Shown here piece after piece: positions 38,237 through 52,330 of a stretch of DNA of 64,000 bases (the stretch's first letter is position 1; the number at the start of each line of letters is the position of its first letter). Both the position numbers and the translations under genes were made by a program. Origin of the DNA: Stegostoma tigrinum. Lineage: Eukaryota. The notes below the pieces were generated by a model. The model was not told the DNA's origin and did not search any database. It saw nothing but the letters and a program-made list of their open reading frames with translations. The stretch is taken from positions 57,461,517-57,525,516 of the forward strand of contig NC_081357.1 in NCBI RefSeq assembly GCF_030684315.1. Direction: 5' to 3'.

Positions 38237-38462
38237 GATAGTACGAACTGCTGATGCTGGAGAATCTGAGATAACAAGGTCTAGAGCTGGATGAACACAG
38301 CAGGCCAAGCAGTATCAGAGGAGCAGGAAAGCTGACGTTTTGGGTCTGGAGCCGTCTTCACAAACCTTCTGAAGATGAGCCCAGACCTGAAGTGTCAGTT
38401 TTCCTGCTCCTCTGATGCTACCTGGCCTGCTGTGTTCATCCAGCTCTATACCATGTTATCTT
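38237..38462. mobile_element. Palindromic Penelope pseudo-LTR element (same subfamily as 5278-5496)
   Basis: Inverted arms around degenerate cores. TSD aatacagatctgcaga (38221-38236) versus aatacagggctgcaga (38463-38478), 14/16 identical. Confidence 0.85.
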
Positions 38463-38636
38463 AATACAGGGCTGCAGATGAATTCATCCCACTGAGGCAC
38501 CTGGGAAACACATAATTAAAATAATTTCACTTCAATTAAAGGAAACTCTCCCAAAATGCAATTTTTTTAAATGAAAAGCACAGTGTAACTCTTGATCAGA
38601 CTCATAGTCTGAAATAACAAAACACTGATTTTACTT

Positions 38637-38731
38637 TTTTCTGATGAAGGGTCTAGGCCCAAAACGTCAGCTTTTGTGCTCCTAAGATGCTGCTAGGCCT
38701 GCTGTGTTCATCCAGCTCCACACTTTGTTAT
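38637..38731 (+). mobile_element. 95-bp solo Penelope pseudo-LTR starting at the hammerhead core
   Basis: ttttctgatgaagggtctaggcccaaaacgtcagc... Perfect 14-bp TSD cactgattttactt at 38623-38636 and 38732-38745. Confidence 0.88.
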
Positions 38732-41449
38732 CACTGATTTTACTTCTGACTTTTATTCAATTACCCTCAATAACACTGAAATTTCAGTCAGCTTCACTGA
38801 AAACTTTCTGTTTTCTCCACATTACAAAACTTAGTGATAACATTTGTACTTCTCACTTATTACACTCTGCAATGCTGTTAATTTGAGACAATTTGCTTGG
38901 ATCATTCCAAAAGCATAAAAGCATTTGCAGTTGCCAGCCTAAGCCGAGCTGTGGCATCCCAAATGAGACAGCCTCAATGGTGGTCCTGTATTGAATATTT
39001 TTCTTTAAGTTGGCCACACTTTAACTGGTGCCAATACCATTAACCCACAAAATGCTTTTTCTAACAGGTACAGCAGAGCTAGTTTCATACAAGCTATGAT
39101 TTATGGTATACAATTTTACGCAGTATTAGCATCCAAGTCAGTGGTTCTTTCCAGCATGCTGAAAGACTGGGAGATTCAGCACTGGAATGGAGCTGAAAAT
39201 TCCAGTATTTCTAACAGGTGAGAATCTCATTTGCTGGGCTGCTTTGCCATGCGATTGTGAAGACTCAGATTCCTGACAGTTGACAGTCTGATTAAAAGTA
39301 TCCCCACTGCACGATGAAGGTTACAGCTGCGTTCAGAAGAGTAAAACCAGTTTGAACGTTGAATGACAAGTGTTAGGAAATAATGCAACTCATCATCCAA
39401 AAGGTTGCCATGGCCTCTTATGTCATTCTGTGGGACAGCATGTACAGCAAACTTTAACTGGCACCTTTCAACCAGCACTCTTAGTAAACCGGCAAAAATT
39501 ATATTGCTCAAATGCCACAATCAACTGTGAGGGCAGTGCACTTAAGCTGTGAATAAAGTATAACATTAATATGTACACCTCTGCATTATGTTTCTATTAC
39601 TTACTGTGTGTTTTTACATTGATTTTTAGAGGTGTTTGATGTTCTTACATAGATCTTTTGAGGAATTTGATGTCTTGAAGCTTTGCTTCATCAGGGTTTA
39701 CTGCTGTTATGTATATATCTTGGTTATCTGGAATATCTGACCAACAGGCACACTCCTACTCCCCAAGGTGTTCATAAAAAGGTTTGCTGTACTTTTACTG
39801 TCCTGTGATTTAGAGATTTAGCAATCAGATAAATGAAATTCTGACAATTACTTTATGTTTAGAGAGGTAAGGAAATGGGTTTGTTAGAACGGTACAGCAC
39901 GGGAATGGGCCTTTCAGCCCATGATGCTCTGTCCCAAGAGATGGTATTTTGACAGGCCGCATCTGTAGTTGCAATACCAAGTAAGATGTTAGCATGCTTA
40001 TTGTGCTTTTCTATGAATATGTTAACATTTTGCCCCAGCAAGCAACTATTGAGTTGCAAGACAGTGCAGGAAGAAGTGAGGTTGGTCAGAAAGGGACTGC
40101 TCTGGTGTAGATGGATATTGGCTTTATACCAATTTTGGCTTCTTACAGTTCCTGAATTCTTCTAGTCCAATTGTTTCAAGACCTCAATTCACACGTGTGC
40201 GGTGTGGAACTTGCATGAATTGGGAGTTTCAGGAGATAGAAATTCGAGGGCTCTCATATGTGACTATACAATGTTGCTGATAAACAATCCACATGCCTGA
40301 AAGGACAGGCCCAGGGCACAGGGGATACTTGTCCTCATCAACATGAAGCCAATGAACTGCATGCGCCTAACAAATACAGGCATACAGCTACCAGCAAAGA
40401 GCATTCAAACAGTAGTTTTAGGCAATGCCAGCAGGAGTCTTCAGGCAGCATGCAGAGAAGGGAAGGAGCTAGAGGAGTTCAGCAGCTAGTCTCAGAACCC
40501 ACTAATGTCAAACTGAGAGCGGGTGGCAGCAGTGATGGTGCCATTGCAGCTGGGGTGGAGGGTATACTGTGCCGTTGTGGCTCATTTGATGTAGACATGG
40601 TTCAGGTGAAGTACTCCAGCTCCGATGATAACCAATTTAGGGAAATTTATATCAAACATGTACCTTGTGATTATACCCTATACTGGCCCCTTTAAATAGC
40701 ACCTGTTAGGTCACATACAGACCAGGCAGCTTATTGCAGAAGGAGCTCCAAACACAAGATCAAAACTGTTCTACTGAGTCCAACAAAATTTTAAAAAAAC
40801 ATATGTTAAAAAGTTAAAAGCATAGTTAGACAGTGGACAGCAAAGTCCCTCACTGTATGCCAAAATCAGAAACAACACTGCATAAAATTTTAGATTTTTG
40901 TCTTTCCCACAGTGGACTAACAGATATCAGCTGACATCTAGTGTACAAATAGCTTGCTAAAACGCTGTTAAAGTTCAATCAAATCTTAAAGTGCAGTCAT
41001 ATAAACAAAGGGACAAGAGACTTCTTTTCTTGCTCTCAACGCCAAATGCTTGCCATATGTTTGATGAGTGTTTGGAGTATAAAGGAAATTAAAGCCTAAG
41101 AAAACAACAGAGACAGGAAAAAAAACTTGACAGGCGACATTTTCCTGGTTATGGTGTTTGTGCTGGCATTCCAGCTTTGCTAGACTAACTCTGATTTAAA
41201 ACCCTCATCTGGTTAATCAGCATGTGTTTAATCTCTTTAACACTTCTGTCGCTTTAAGATGCATTTGTCTTCTGTCTTCAATTGTCAGCTTGCCTCCATT
41301 GGTATCCTAACCCTAACTCTGGAAGTTGAACTTTCAAGGCAGCACTGAGGAAATGGTACAAAATGTTGGAAATATGTTGTTGGTAAGTGAGATATGAATC
41401 TTTCAGACTGTTGGCAGGACAATAATGGAAAAAAGTTACAAAACACACG

Positions 41450-41894
41450 AGATAAAAATGACTACTTGCATATACATAGTATCATTACTGAGAAAATATC
41501 CCATGTTGAGTCACCAAGGTATTGTCAAAAAGAAAAGACATTAAATAAAAGAGATTTTACGGTGAAAAGTTTAGTGAAAGAGTTGAATTGTGGATCTGGT
41601 CTTGAAAAAAGAAAGGGGATGGAGAGGAAAAAAGGGTTAAGGGAGGGAATTCCAAAGCACAGAGCCTTAGCTGCAGAAGGCATGCCTACCAATAACGTAA
41701 AGGAAGACGAATATCAAAGGAACCAGAGAAACAGAGACTCCAGCTGAGAGGTTTTATTATTGGAGAAGTTTCAACAGATGTGGGAAGGTCAGTGTTCTGT
41801 GTGGGGAGGTTCAATGGAGCCTGAACTGGCATAGTGTGAATGGGAATAACCACTTTTCCTGGTATAACCAAAAGAATCAAGCTGATTACTGCAA

Positions 41895-41937
<43 letters not shown>

Positions 41938-43100
41938 TACATTAAGTATACTACTATATTGGTATATTGACTTTTAAAAACTTTTCAGTTGTGGGATGTG
42001 GGCATCGCTGGCTGGCCAAAATTTATTGTTTGTCCCTAGTTGCTCTTGACATATTATTAACATATTAGGAATGTATTAATTTATTTATTAAATATATCTA
42101 TGTATTATACAATGTGTTATGATATATTATACATATATTACTATAACTTGTTACAGCTTACTATAGAGAATGTTACGAACACACTAGCCTCAGGTCTGTT
42201 CCTTACCAGCTCCTACATCCTTCTCCCCAAAGCCTCAGGCTTCATTGCCGTGGGCAGTAGATCCCGTACTCAATCAAGTATCAATCCTTTCAGACTCATA
42301 TGCAATGGCCTGGGAATGCCAGCACTTAAATACAAGGATTAAAATGATAAGTTGTGACATTCACGCCACAATGTTCCAAATCTGAACAGTGAAGGGAATG
42401 ATGCAGTTTGGAATGCAGTGGAACTTTTGGAAAATTGAAGCTTACAGAGGGTGCAGGATGGGAGGAGAAAATGGATTGCAGTAGAGACAGGGCACAACAT
42501 TCTCATGAAAGAAGCTGGAGATCTCTGACGTGGGTCAGAAGCTTTGCTGTTGTAAACAGTTTAGTTCAAGTTCGGATTTTGAGCAGAAGTGGTAATGAAA
42601 TCCTTGGATGTGATGGTTTTAAAGAGAGGTCAAAGGCAAGGGTCTCCACACTTTTAACTGGAAGAAACTGTGACTCATCTGAAACTGTTTGCTGGGCAAG
42701 TGTTCTGAGAGCACACAGGTAGCAGTGAAATCTGCTGCTACGGTAGAACATTGCATATTAGCAGTTTGCAGGTGGAAGATGATCCTAATTTTGTTGATAA
42801 TGCTGACAAAATCAAAAGAACCTGGAATGGATCTTTGACATTTCTGGGCTGAATGAGAAGGCTTTGGTAAAATCTGATCTGGCTATATCCTCTGATCAGG
42901 TAATGTTGGAATCCAGCAATGACAGACCTATCAAACTGAACAACAGAAGAGAAATGATGGAGGAAGATGGTCCAGTTAAAAAAATAAGGAATGTAACTAT
43001 ACCATTATTACAGTCACCCAGAATTTTTCGCATGTGTTCAGTTAAAGAATTTAATGCTGGGAGAAATCTGAGCACAGAGGTTCAAACACGGAATCACATC
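41450..43100 (-). mobile_element. Ancient L2-type LINE relic (fragmented)
   Basis: Plus-strand motif gggttaagggagggaattccaaagcacagagccttagctgcagaaggcatgcc resembles the relic at 22450-22560. Confidence 0.4.
41897..41934. repeat. (AC)19 microsatellite
   Basis: Perfect dinucleotide run. Confidence 0.98.
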
Positions 43101-44279
43101 CTGGGATCTAGGGTCAGTATAGCGATTTTCAAGCCCTCTGTACAAAGTCAGCCTTAGTAGATACATTTGCATTTGAAGCGAAGACATTCTTGTTTTGGAA
43201 GTAAGTGTAGAACAGCTCTAGGATTCACAAAGTAAAGCAAATTAATTTGGTTTCAGTCAAAGGAAGAATATTGACATGGACATTAAGAGAGTTTCCAGCT
43301 GATATTCAAATCATATCACAGGATCCCTTGCATTGATCTGAACGCTCACACAGAACGACTGTTCAAGTCTTATCTGCATGACACTACTGGCAATGCAAAT
43401 TTGATTGGCAGGGTACTGTATTGCAGTGTCAGCATTGCTCATATCTTCAAACGTGGGCTCATTTGAATCAATTAAACACAAACAAACAGAACCAACAAAG
43501 AACAACTCCAAGGGCAGAAGGACTGAAGCATTTCCTTGATCAGACTTTTCTTACTAAATAATTTGTGTGCATTTTGCTGCTGCCTACATCATCAGAATGC
43601 AGTGACAAATACATAGATGACTAAACTGTGAACATATCTCGATGCCAGATATACATTTGCCGAGAAACCGCCAAAGTCCGGATAAACAGAGCACAGTTTA
43701 TAAGAAAAAGCATCCCCCAATTCCTGCAAGTCTTTCCACTCCACCAGGAATGTGACAGAAGAGCCAGAAATCAGGCCAAGGTCAGGATATGCTAGGTCCT
43801 GGCCCAAACTTCATTTCCGGGGGGGCGTGTTGGGGACGGAACCTCCATCCACTCAAAATATCTTTTCCAGTTCCAATATTTAGTTGTTTATGTGAGTTCA
43901 GTGTCTTAGCCTCAGCCGCACTTCCTGACAACTCAGTCCAACTGTTGATCCCCTTCTGTATAAAAAATACAAACTCGTATACATTACTGCAGCCCTCAAA
44001 GAATTAATGCCAAAAGTTTAAAATACATTAATTTTCACTGGTGTGCAGCTAATGATTGCATTCAAAAAGTCAAAACCATACAAATAAATATTGTCTTTTA
44101 TTTGGTCAAAACGTCTGGCATTTGGAGAACAGACAGGCTCATAAAATATTTCTTTTCATAAATTGGCCATGAAGAAGAATATTGCTTTGCTTGCCCCAAC
44201 TTCTCAGACTTTTCCAGCTCTCATAAAAACCCCATGTCATTCACCTAGAACAACATAAGCAGACGATAACTATATTGAA

Positions 44280-44700
44280 AAAAGGAAAATGTTTCAGGAC
44301 TTGCAGCCAATCTTCAGAAAAGTGAAGGTTGAGGCCTAATGCAGGAGTTAAAGTTACGAAGAAGATTGGTATAGTTGACTTGGGGAAAATATTCCCTCTT
44401 GTGCAGAGGTACTAAATCAAATGGCCATTCATAGTAAATGGTCAGCAGTAAAGAATGATATTTCAGAAGAATTTCCTTTACCCCGTGTGTGGTTAGACTG
44501 TGGAACTCGCTACCATGTACAGAAGTTGAGACAAATGGCGCCAGTTCATTTAAGAAGAAGATAGATAAGCCTATGAGGGAGAAAAGAATCAAAGGATTGC
44601 CAATAACATGAGAAGGCTGGTTGATAGGAGACCATTATAAACATAAACACTGGCACAGGCTTTTTGGAATGAATGGCCTTTGTTTTGGCTGCAACTCAAT
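44280..44700 (+). mobile_element. Old CR1 3' fragment
   Basis: agaaaagtgaaggttgagg...aatttcctttaccccgtgtgtggttagactgtggaactcgctacc, CR1 C-terminal motif. Confidence 0.65.
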
Positions 44701-46713
44701 GTAGAAATGATACAATTCTTTAGGACATAACTTCCTCACACTGCGTACGTACAGGAGGAATTCATCTAGGGAGGAACTGCAAGCTCAAACTTGCATCCTG
44801 CACTTTGGTCCAGAATATTAATTACCAACCTGTAAGGTTACTCACTTGCATCAGTAATAATTTAACTGGAAATGTCAAACTTGTTTTTCTTAGAAGTAAT
44901 CTCCAGTTTTTGTCAGATGAACTAAAAGTATAGTGTCAGAATTTAACTCGTCATTACTGCCACTATTCTGTGAGGATTCCTGATTCCCAATGGATTAGGA
45001 CAATTGAACTAATTTTGGCTTCTTCTTATTTGTTCTGGCACTTCCATGAACTGTGTCCCTTCAGTTGCTCAACATTATATCAGATGAAAGGCCATCATAA
45101 CAGACTGCTGCAAAAATCCAGACAACTACAAAAAATGCCTTTGAGATATTTACAAGCTACAAGTTTTAAAACAGATACATTTCTACCACAGGATCCTCAG
45201 GAAACACTGAATAAAAACGTTTGGCTGCACCCACAGTCTTAGCACCTCAAGGATATCTTACATTGAAGGGTATGATATAGCAATTCTGTCACATTCCAAC
45301 ATAGACCTTTCTTTTGTTATGTGTAGCTGAATTGTGCAACTGCATGGGTTTATTAAATTAATAAAAGATTTCTGCTCATTTATGCTTGGAATGGCCTATT
45401 GAGAATATAATGGATAAAATTCAATAACACGTAATTAAAATGATATACTCTCTGCAAGAGCAGTGATGTAAACTACAAACCAAAACTGTCCCAGTTAATA
45501 GTTTTAAAGCATGAATGTATCGCCATAAATTCTAATGACCTTCACTATTTTAATTTTATGCGTTTCTGCTCATATTTCATTCTCCAAAATTGATTAACAT
45601 TGTATTACTGCAAATAGTTGGGACAATCCATCATCCAGTTTTGAAAGCCTACGAGATTTGCTAATGGTGCATCCACAATTGAGCACATGACCAGTGGCAG
45701 AGTTGAAAGGTTTGAAGGTGACAGTCTGTTTTTACCTTCTCCATCTATCCATCTTCTCCCATTCTATGTGCCCCTTCACCCCACAATCACTTCTGATTTA
45801 CAAACTGCAGATACTGCAACCATCTGCCTCTTGTGTTCCCTGTCAGCCTTCATCCCAGTTCTGACCTTTTGGTTTAGTGTATTCAGATGCCAAAGAGCTG
45901 CCAGTTGGTAAGGAATTGGTGCAGCAGGAATTAAGTCAAAGAGCAAGACAATGATGGAGAAGAAACTCTGTCGCTCAATTCCAGTTTGAACCACTAGCAC
46001 AATGTAAACTTCAAAGGCTAATTTAATGTGGAATTTTCACATGATGAGCTACCAGGCAAGAGTGGCCTGCGGCCACAGTATAGGAGAATACAGTAGGGGT
46101 GATAGCTCACGCAGGGGAAGTATGTCCAAAGTTTCTGTTGCAGGGGACTTTAATGAGGATCTTGGTACAGAGGTGTGAAACCTGATGAGCATGTGTTTGG
46201 AAACACTTGGTGCATTGGTAGGTCTGTCTGAAGCCTGCTGTATTTGGTGAAGAGTCTCGCCACAACTTCATACCCACCATTTCCAATGTAACATGTAACA
46301 AAGTAACATTCACAAAAATGTTCGAGGACTCAGCCAAGATGCAATGTTCTTCTTTATTCATCCATGGTACTGGCTGGGCCAGCATTTATCTTGCTGCCCT
46401 TGAGAAGTTGATGGTGGGCTGACTTCAGATGGCTGATGTCTCAGGGTGCATTACAGCACCCGATGTTTTAATGCTGCAATGGAAGCTCAGAACAAGGGAA
46501 GGAAATCCCAACCTACTGCCATGTCAACTCGGACTGTGGTTACCATTCAGATGCAGAGTCTCACAGCAGAGTCTAGCAAAGTTCACTCAGTGATTAGTAG
46601 GACTACTAAAGTGCGGCTTCAAGGGAGTGACAGTGGTTCTGTGAAGTAGAAATCTGTTGTCCTCTCGCAGGATGACAACATTTTGCCTACAGTCACTCAT
46701 GGGGGATGATGAT

Positions 46714-47048
46714 GGTGGAGTGGTTGTGTCTCTGGCTAGCGATCAGAGGCCCAGGTTAATGATCAGGAAAAATGGGTTCAAATCCCACCATGGCTGATGG
46801 AATTCCAATTCAATTAATAATATCTAAAATTAAGGGCTTGCCTCAGTAATGGTGACCTTGAAAGTATCATCAATTATCATGAAAATCCATCTGGTTCAGT
46901 AATGTCCTCTTCAGATTAGGAAATCTACTTCCTTACCTGCTGAGAGTCACATGTTAGCCAATGTGGTGAAATAATCTGACAAGTTAATAGGTCATGAAAG
47001 GGCAATAAACACTGCGGAAGCCAGTGATGCCCACACCGCATAAAGGAA
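46714..47048 (+). mobile_element. tRNA-derived SINE sharing head and tail with the LINE at 7760-10410
   Basis: A-box-like ggtggagtgg, B-box gggttcaaatccc, body ctggttcagtaatgtcc...ggaaatctacttccttacctg, and tail gggcaataaacactg...gccagtgatgcccacac. Confidence 0.7.
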
Positions 47049-47739
47049 GTTAGCAGAAAGTCTAGATTGCTACACCCTCATGTTTAAATGGTGTAACCTG
47101 AAGTCAGGCTTACTTGATGGCATCTTCCAAAGCCACCTGCAATCTTCTGTGCAAGCCACAGTCATATTGCAGCCCCTAGGGAGCAAAGGGAACGGCTGAT
47201 TGGCTCAGTACTACATGGAATATTGAATGTTTTGTCAGATAAAGTTGATATGGAATGGATGCTGTGATGGTCTGTAACTGTGGGATGGTTGGTTTTGACA
47301 TAGATGCACAATGTGGATCAATGGTGTATTTACAGGAGCCAAAGTTGATAGTGGGATTACAGATAGGTCATCTGGAAGGAGGATGACCCAGCTGTTTTGT
47401 TTTGGAGTTTTCACCATATCCTTGGTTGTATTCCTGGTGAAGGCTGGTTGGAGAGGATATAGCAGATTACCATGATTCAGGGAGCATCCATTCTGCTGAG
47501 CTGTGGAGGACTCCTTCAGAGAGATACAAGCTGCAAAATAATTCTGCTACTTACTCAATGTTATCCTCCCATGCACCTCTATTCCCAGACTAACTGTAAA
47601 CAACTGGTTAAAAACCCAGCAATGCTATAAATTCCAGAAGCAAGGAATCTGCTGAAAGTGATTAGTTGATGATCCCTTAAAATGACACAATGCCAAACAT
47701 AAGTTCAGCTGTGTGCATTACAGAACGTGTGTTAACGTG

Positions 47740-47855
47740 ATTGGCTGTAGTGCAGTGATCGTGTTCTTACCTTTGAGGTAGGAGCTGGGTTTAAGTCCGA
47801 CCTGCTTCAAAGGTGTGTGACAACATTGCTGATCAGGTTGGTTAGAAAATATCTC
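47740..47855 (+). mobile_element. Short tRNA-derived SINE
   Basis: agtgcagtga (A-box-like) ... gggtttaagtcc (B-box-like) ... caggttggttagaaaatatct. Confidence 0.5.
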
Positions 47856-49303
47856 TAACCAAAGTGACAGAGTCCAAATTAGCAGCGCAGTATTCAATTT
47901 GTGATGGATATCATAATCTGCCTAACCTGACCATGCCTGTAACACTCTACATTAGTGGCCTTCCCAAGATGGCATTCAACACAGATCACACAGAAATTCA
48001 GTGGGAATGGCACAAATACTATTTGCTACTAAACAGTTGGCACCAGTAACATTGAAACTATTGGCACTATGGAGACCAACTTAGCAGCAACTCCCTTTAT
48101 TTTACATGGAGGTACGACAGTCCTGTGTATTTAGAACTCGAAACCTTCCTGAAGTATGTAATTCACCAATGTATCAGGTGTATCAGGACAGGAAAGTTGT
48201 TGGTGGAAAGGAGGAATAGAAGACGTTGATTGGAGGCTAACAACATTCTTCAATCCTTCAGTGGAGCTGGGTGAAGTCCACCCTACATTGCATCTCTGTA
48301 TTTGGGTAATTTTTAAAAAAAATGTATCTTTCAGTGGTGGCAACAGTGGTTACTTTAGGGGTCACTTGTTAGTCTTCAGGTAGACCACAACTTCCTGAAT
48401 ACAACTGGCCCAGAACTAACTACACATTCATTGTAGGCCAATTTGGTGTTATACATCCTCTTGGTAAGTGAAAAAGAACCTTCTGCTTGTCTTAAACACA
48501 AGGTATCGGCATCCTTTCCTGCTTGATTCATGTGATTGGAAGGCCATTTACATTGCCTACTTGGCAACAAGTCACACGCACCAGATTGGATATTTAGCTG
48601 CCTATTTTCTCTCATAATTGGCATATTGTTCTCAAGTCCTACAGCACACTTGAGCTACAGTACAATATTCTTGTTTATATAATGCATTGGTTTACGACTG
48701 CATTCATAACATCCTATTTTGTTGCTGCATTTATAATGTCCTGCTTACAGAAGTACAAGACTATGTATAACAGTTATGTTTTACTGAAGTATATTGCTTC
48801 TTTATTAACAGCCATTCTGTTATACCAAACTACTCAAAGAACACTCCTGTGCACAGAGAAGAGCTGTTTTACGGAAGCAGAACCCCACTGTGCGTTTACG
48901 GTACATGCTGTTTTAATGAGGTACAATACAATACTTCTTTACGTATTCAATGAGTGTTAATAGCTACGGCGATGCAAAGGTATTTCAAACTTTTGTACTG
49001 TAGTTGATTCTCATACTGCCTTGGCATAGTAGTAAGGTTTTTGAAATGAATGAAGGCAAGCTTCAAACATTGAACAATTTTAACAAGGCAGAAAACAGTT
49101 TGAGGAACAAGCTGAACAGTTCTGAACATTTACAAGTTACACAGTGCTCTGGGAGCAAAGCCCAAAGCTGGAATGTGATTGGCTCATGATGTGATCGACT
49201 GTGTTTACAATGTGAAGGGAACAGTCATCAGACTGTGAATTGGTGGTGGTGAATTATAAAATTATAAATTACAAGAATAACTCAGACATAACTTAAACAA
49301 CTA

Positions 49304-49690
49304 CCATTCACCTTATCTCTCCCCCTCATGATTTTATAAATCTCATAAAGGTTTATAAGATCATGAGGGATATAGATAAGGTGAATGGCAGGAATCTAAT
49401 CTGTAGGATTGGGGATTTCAAGACTGGGAGGCATATTTTTAAGGTGAGAGGAGAAAGATTAAAAAAAAACATGAGGGGCATCATTTTTCACAGAGTGGCT
49501 CCTGTGTGGAATGAACTCCCTCAGGAAGCTGTAGACGTGGGTACAGTTACAACATTTAAAAGACATTCAGATGAGTAGATAAACAAAAGTTTGGAGGGAT
49601 ATGGTCCAAATACAGGCAGGTGGGACTAATTTAGCAGCCTGGACTGGTTGGACAGAAGGGTCTGCTTCCGTGTTGTATGATTCTATGAGT
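49304..49690 (+). mobile_element. CR1 3' fragment with 5' fold-back duplication
   Basis: ORF 49363-49578 is the CR1 C-terminus. 49304-49350 is an imperfect reverse complement of the start of the fragment. Confidence 0.85.
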
Positions 49691-51502
49691 CTATAATTCA
49701 GGGCAGAGCAAAATACTTGAAAATTTGCAAAGAAATCAATCTTATGGTGAATATAGAGATGAGACATTGTTCCGAGAACCCTTCATGGAATATGTCTCAT
49801 GTCTCTATGGTGACTGCAGGACAAACACATGGTGCTAGGGTACAGACAGTGACATTGGAACTTCCACCATGTTGGGAATCGACACTTCACATAATTTTTG
49901 TAGGAATGGTTAATTGATGAAGGAAGGTGGGATCACTGCACAGTTGAGAATCGTACATGTGCCCCTAACACTGAAAGGCCAATCAGAAACCCAGCATCAC
50001 CTAAACAGCTGCACCTTGCCGACGCAAGCAAAAGGTGAGAATACTCCCTCTCAGTAATTTTAAATTTGTGAAAATTAAATAATAGCTACAGCTGCAGAAA
50101 CATCACTGTAGAGGGAACCACAACACACACATACAGCAGTGGTCATCTGGCTTTCATGGAAGTACCTGTACTGGCAGTTCAGCAGTTACCACAGGATGGC
50201 AGCATTGTCATGATTGAGAAAGTGAGAATGGCCAGTTGCAATTCCCACTCTTCGTAAGGAATAAGTCCCTCTCGCTTTTCAGATAGTGTGAGTAGCAGCA
50301 CAGCAGATGGTGCTCTTGTGCTGTGTAAAACAATGGGCATAGTTAAACCTTCTGTCTGATGACAACTCTTGTCTTTTGTATTATGAAGCTAAAAGAGCAG
50401 TTGGACCACCTCTACCTCTCTGCAAACTGAACTGTAGCACAACAGAGATAGGTAGTTTTGAATGGAAATGGCGTAATTTAAGGCTTTAATTTAATGCTTT
50501 ACACATAGGTAGATTTTGAATACAAGTGTAAAAATCTGGGCAATACACATGTTCCTATCACTATTATGTTTATATAGTCTTTTATCTACATTTGCTTTTA
50601 TAGATAAAGTGAGAATTTCTCTGTACAAAAGAGTGAAACTCGCATCCTCACACCTAGGCTAATGTCACAATTTTCATAACTGCAGGCCCCTGCTCAACAG
50701 AAATCAGAATGCTCAAGCAGCATCTACTCAACATCCCCCAGGAAATTCCTTTGTTGAGCCCACAATGGTAGTGACTGGCTCTTGGTCAGCATTTTGATCA
50801 CGTTTGTCTCCCGATGGAGGAATGCTGTAAGCAGATAAATAAATGACAGAGCCATGCAGGGCATGTGTACGGATTAGAAGTAGTCTCCAAAAGCACTCAT
50901 GCTGACCTTTACGCATCATAAATTGAGATTGCTATTTTTGATTTTGATAGACAAATTTCCGATAATTATTAACTTTGGTGTTTAAAATTGTGGTTTAATT
51001 TGCTTTGAAGTAAAATGCCTGCACTAATTAATAACTTCCATCGGGTTTTGTGCAGAAAGGATGGAATGGGACAGGAAAGGTTAAAATGAAACTAAACTAC
51101 GTGCTTCACTGTCAATGATATACTTGACATTCAGCTCTTAAAGCAATGCATTATTTGTCTTTGATCTGCATATTTGAATTTATTTTCTGGATTAATAGGT
51201 ATTCAAATGATATTATCAAGAATCACCTATACTTATCATTGAATACAGTTTTATAATACAGGGAAGCAATTGCTCTGCTCTACATTTGTTGCAAACTTCA
51301 ATCCCCAACAGGTTTGTTTGACAAATCGGACATTCAGTGTAGGAGCCTATACACTTTTGCCCACCAACGACATCTGCACCATCTTAAAAAAAACACAAAG
51401 CATCAAAATAGTCCTGCAATTCTAAATGCAGACTAGCACCAGCACATGGAGGAACATGCAGTAACTTATCACAGGTTGAAGTGAGGTTAGTAGATTGTTC
51501 AT

Positions 51503-51760
51503 GTCCACATAGACCCTCCGAAGACCATACCACCCAGACCCATCCCCCAAGTCTATCCTTGTAACCCTGCTTTACGCCATGGCCAATCCACCTAATCTGC
51601 ACATCTTCGGACAGTGGAGAGAAATTTAGCACTTGGATAAACCCACGCAGACACGAGGAGAAAGTCCAAACTCCACAGAGATAGTCACCCAAGGCTGGAA
51701 ATGAACCCGATTCCCTGGTGCTGTGGGGGCAGCAGTGCTAGCCACTGAGCCACCGTGCTG
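51503..51760 (-). mobile_element. HE1-type V-SINE, 3' truncated
   Basis: Head cagcacggtggctcagtggctagcactgctgcc and V-domain on the minus strand. Confidence 0.9.
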
Positions 51761-52330
51761 ATAACCTTCAAGTCTGGCTGCACTAGAACTGCAATAAAGA
51801 AGTTATTCACTGCTACTGGTGATCAGAACATCTGGAAGATCACTGTTGCCTAATCCAGGTAATCATGAAGAATAAACATTCCAGAAGGAATGCTCCAGTA
51901 TTCAAATATTTAAAACTGTATTCATTCAAATAACCTGTATTATGACACTTCGAAATTATTTTACAATGCAGGGAGTCCTTACTTATAGATGTGGCTGTGT
52001 TCCTAAACATCACAACTGAGTGTGAAACAATCTTAAGTGAAATATAGATTCCCATAGACATTAAAGTTAAAACTGGATTTAGGTTCCTTTGATCCTTTTT
52101 TAACCATAGATCAATGTACAAATTGAAATACTATACAGTACATGAGCAGTGTGGTGCATTCCTGGCTGAAATAGTGAGCGAAACAAAATAAATTGCTTTG
52201 CACGTAAGTACTGTACACTTGGGTACTTTAGGACCTGTCACAGCAGAAGAAATATTGTCAAACATATAAATTGAAATGTGGCACACTCCTAGATACCTAC
52301 AGCTATAAAACAATCTTTTAAATTAAATAA

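Noticed and set aside
46107-46300. Harbinger transposase motif (HLCTKILIKVP resembling IDCTH..IK.P)
   Set aside because: Single weak motif lacking the catalytic Asp, with no other DDE motifs nearby.
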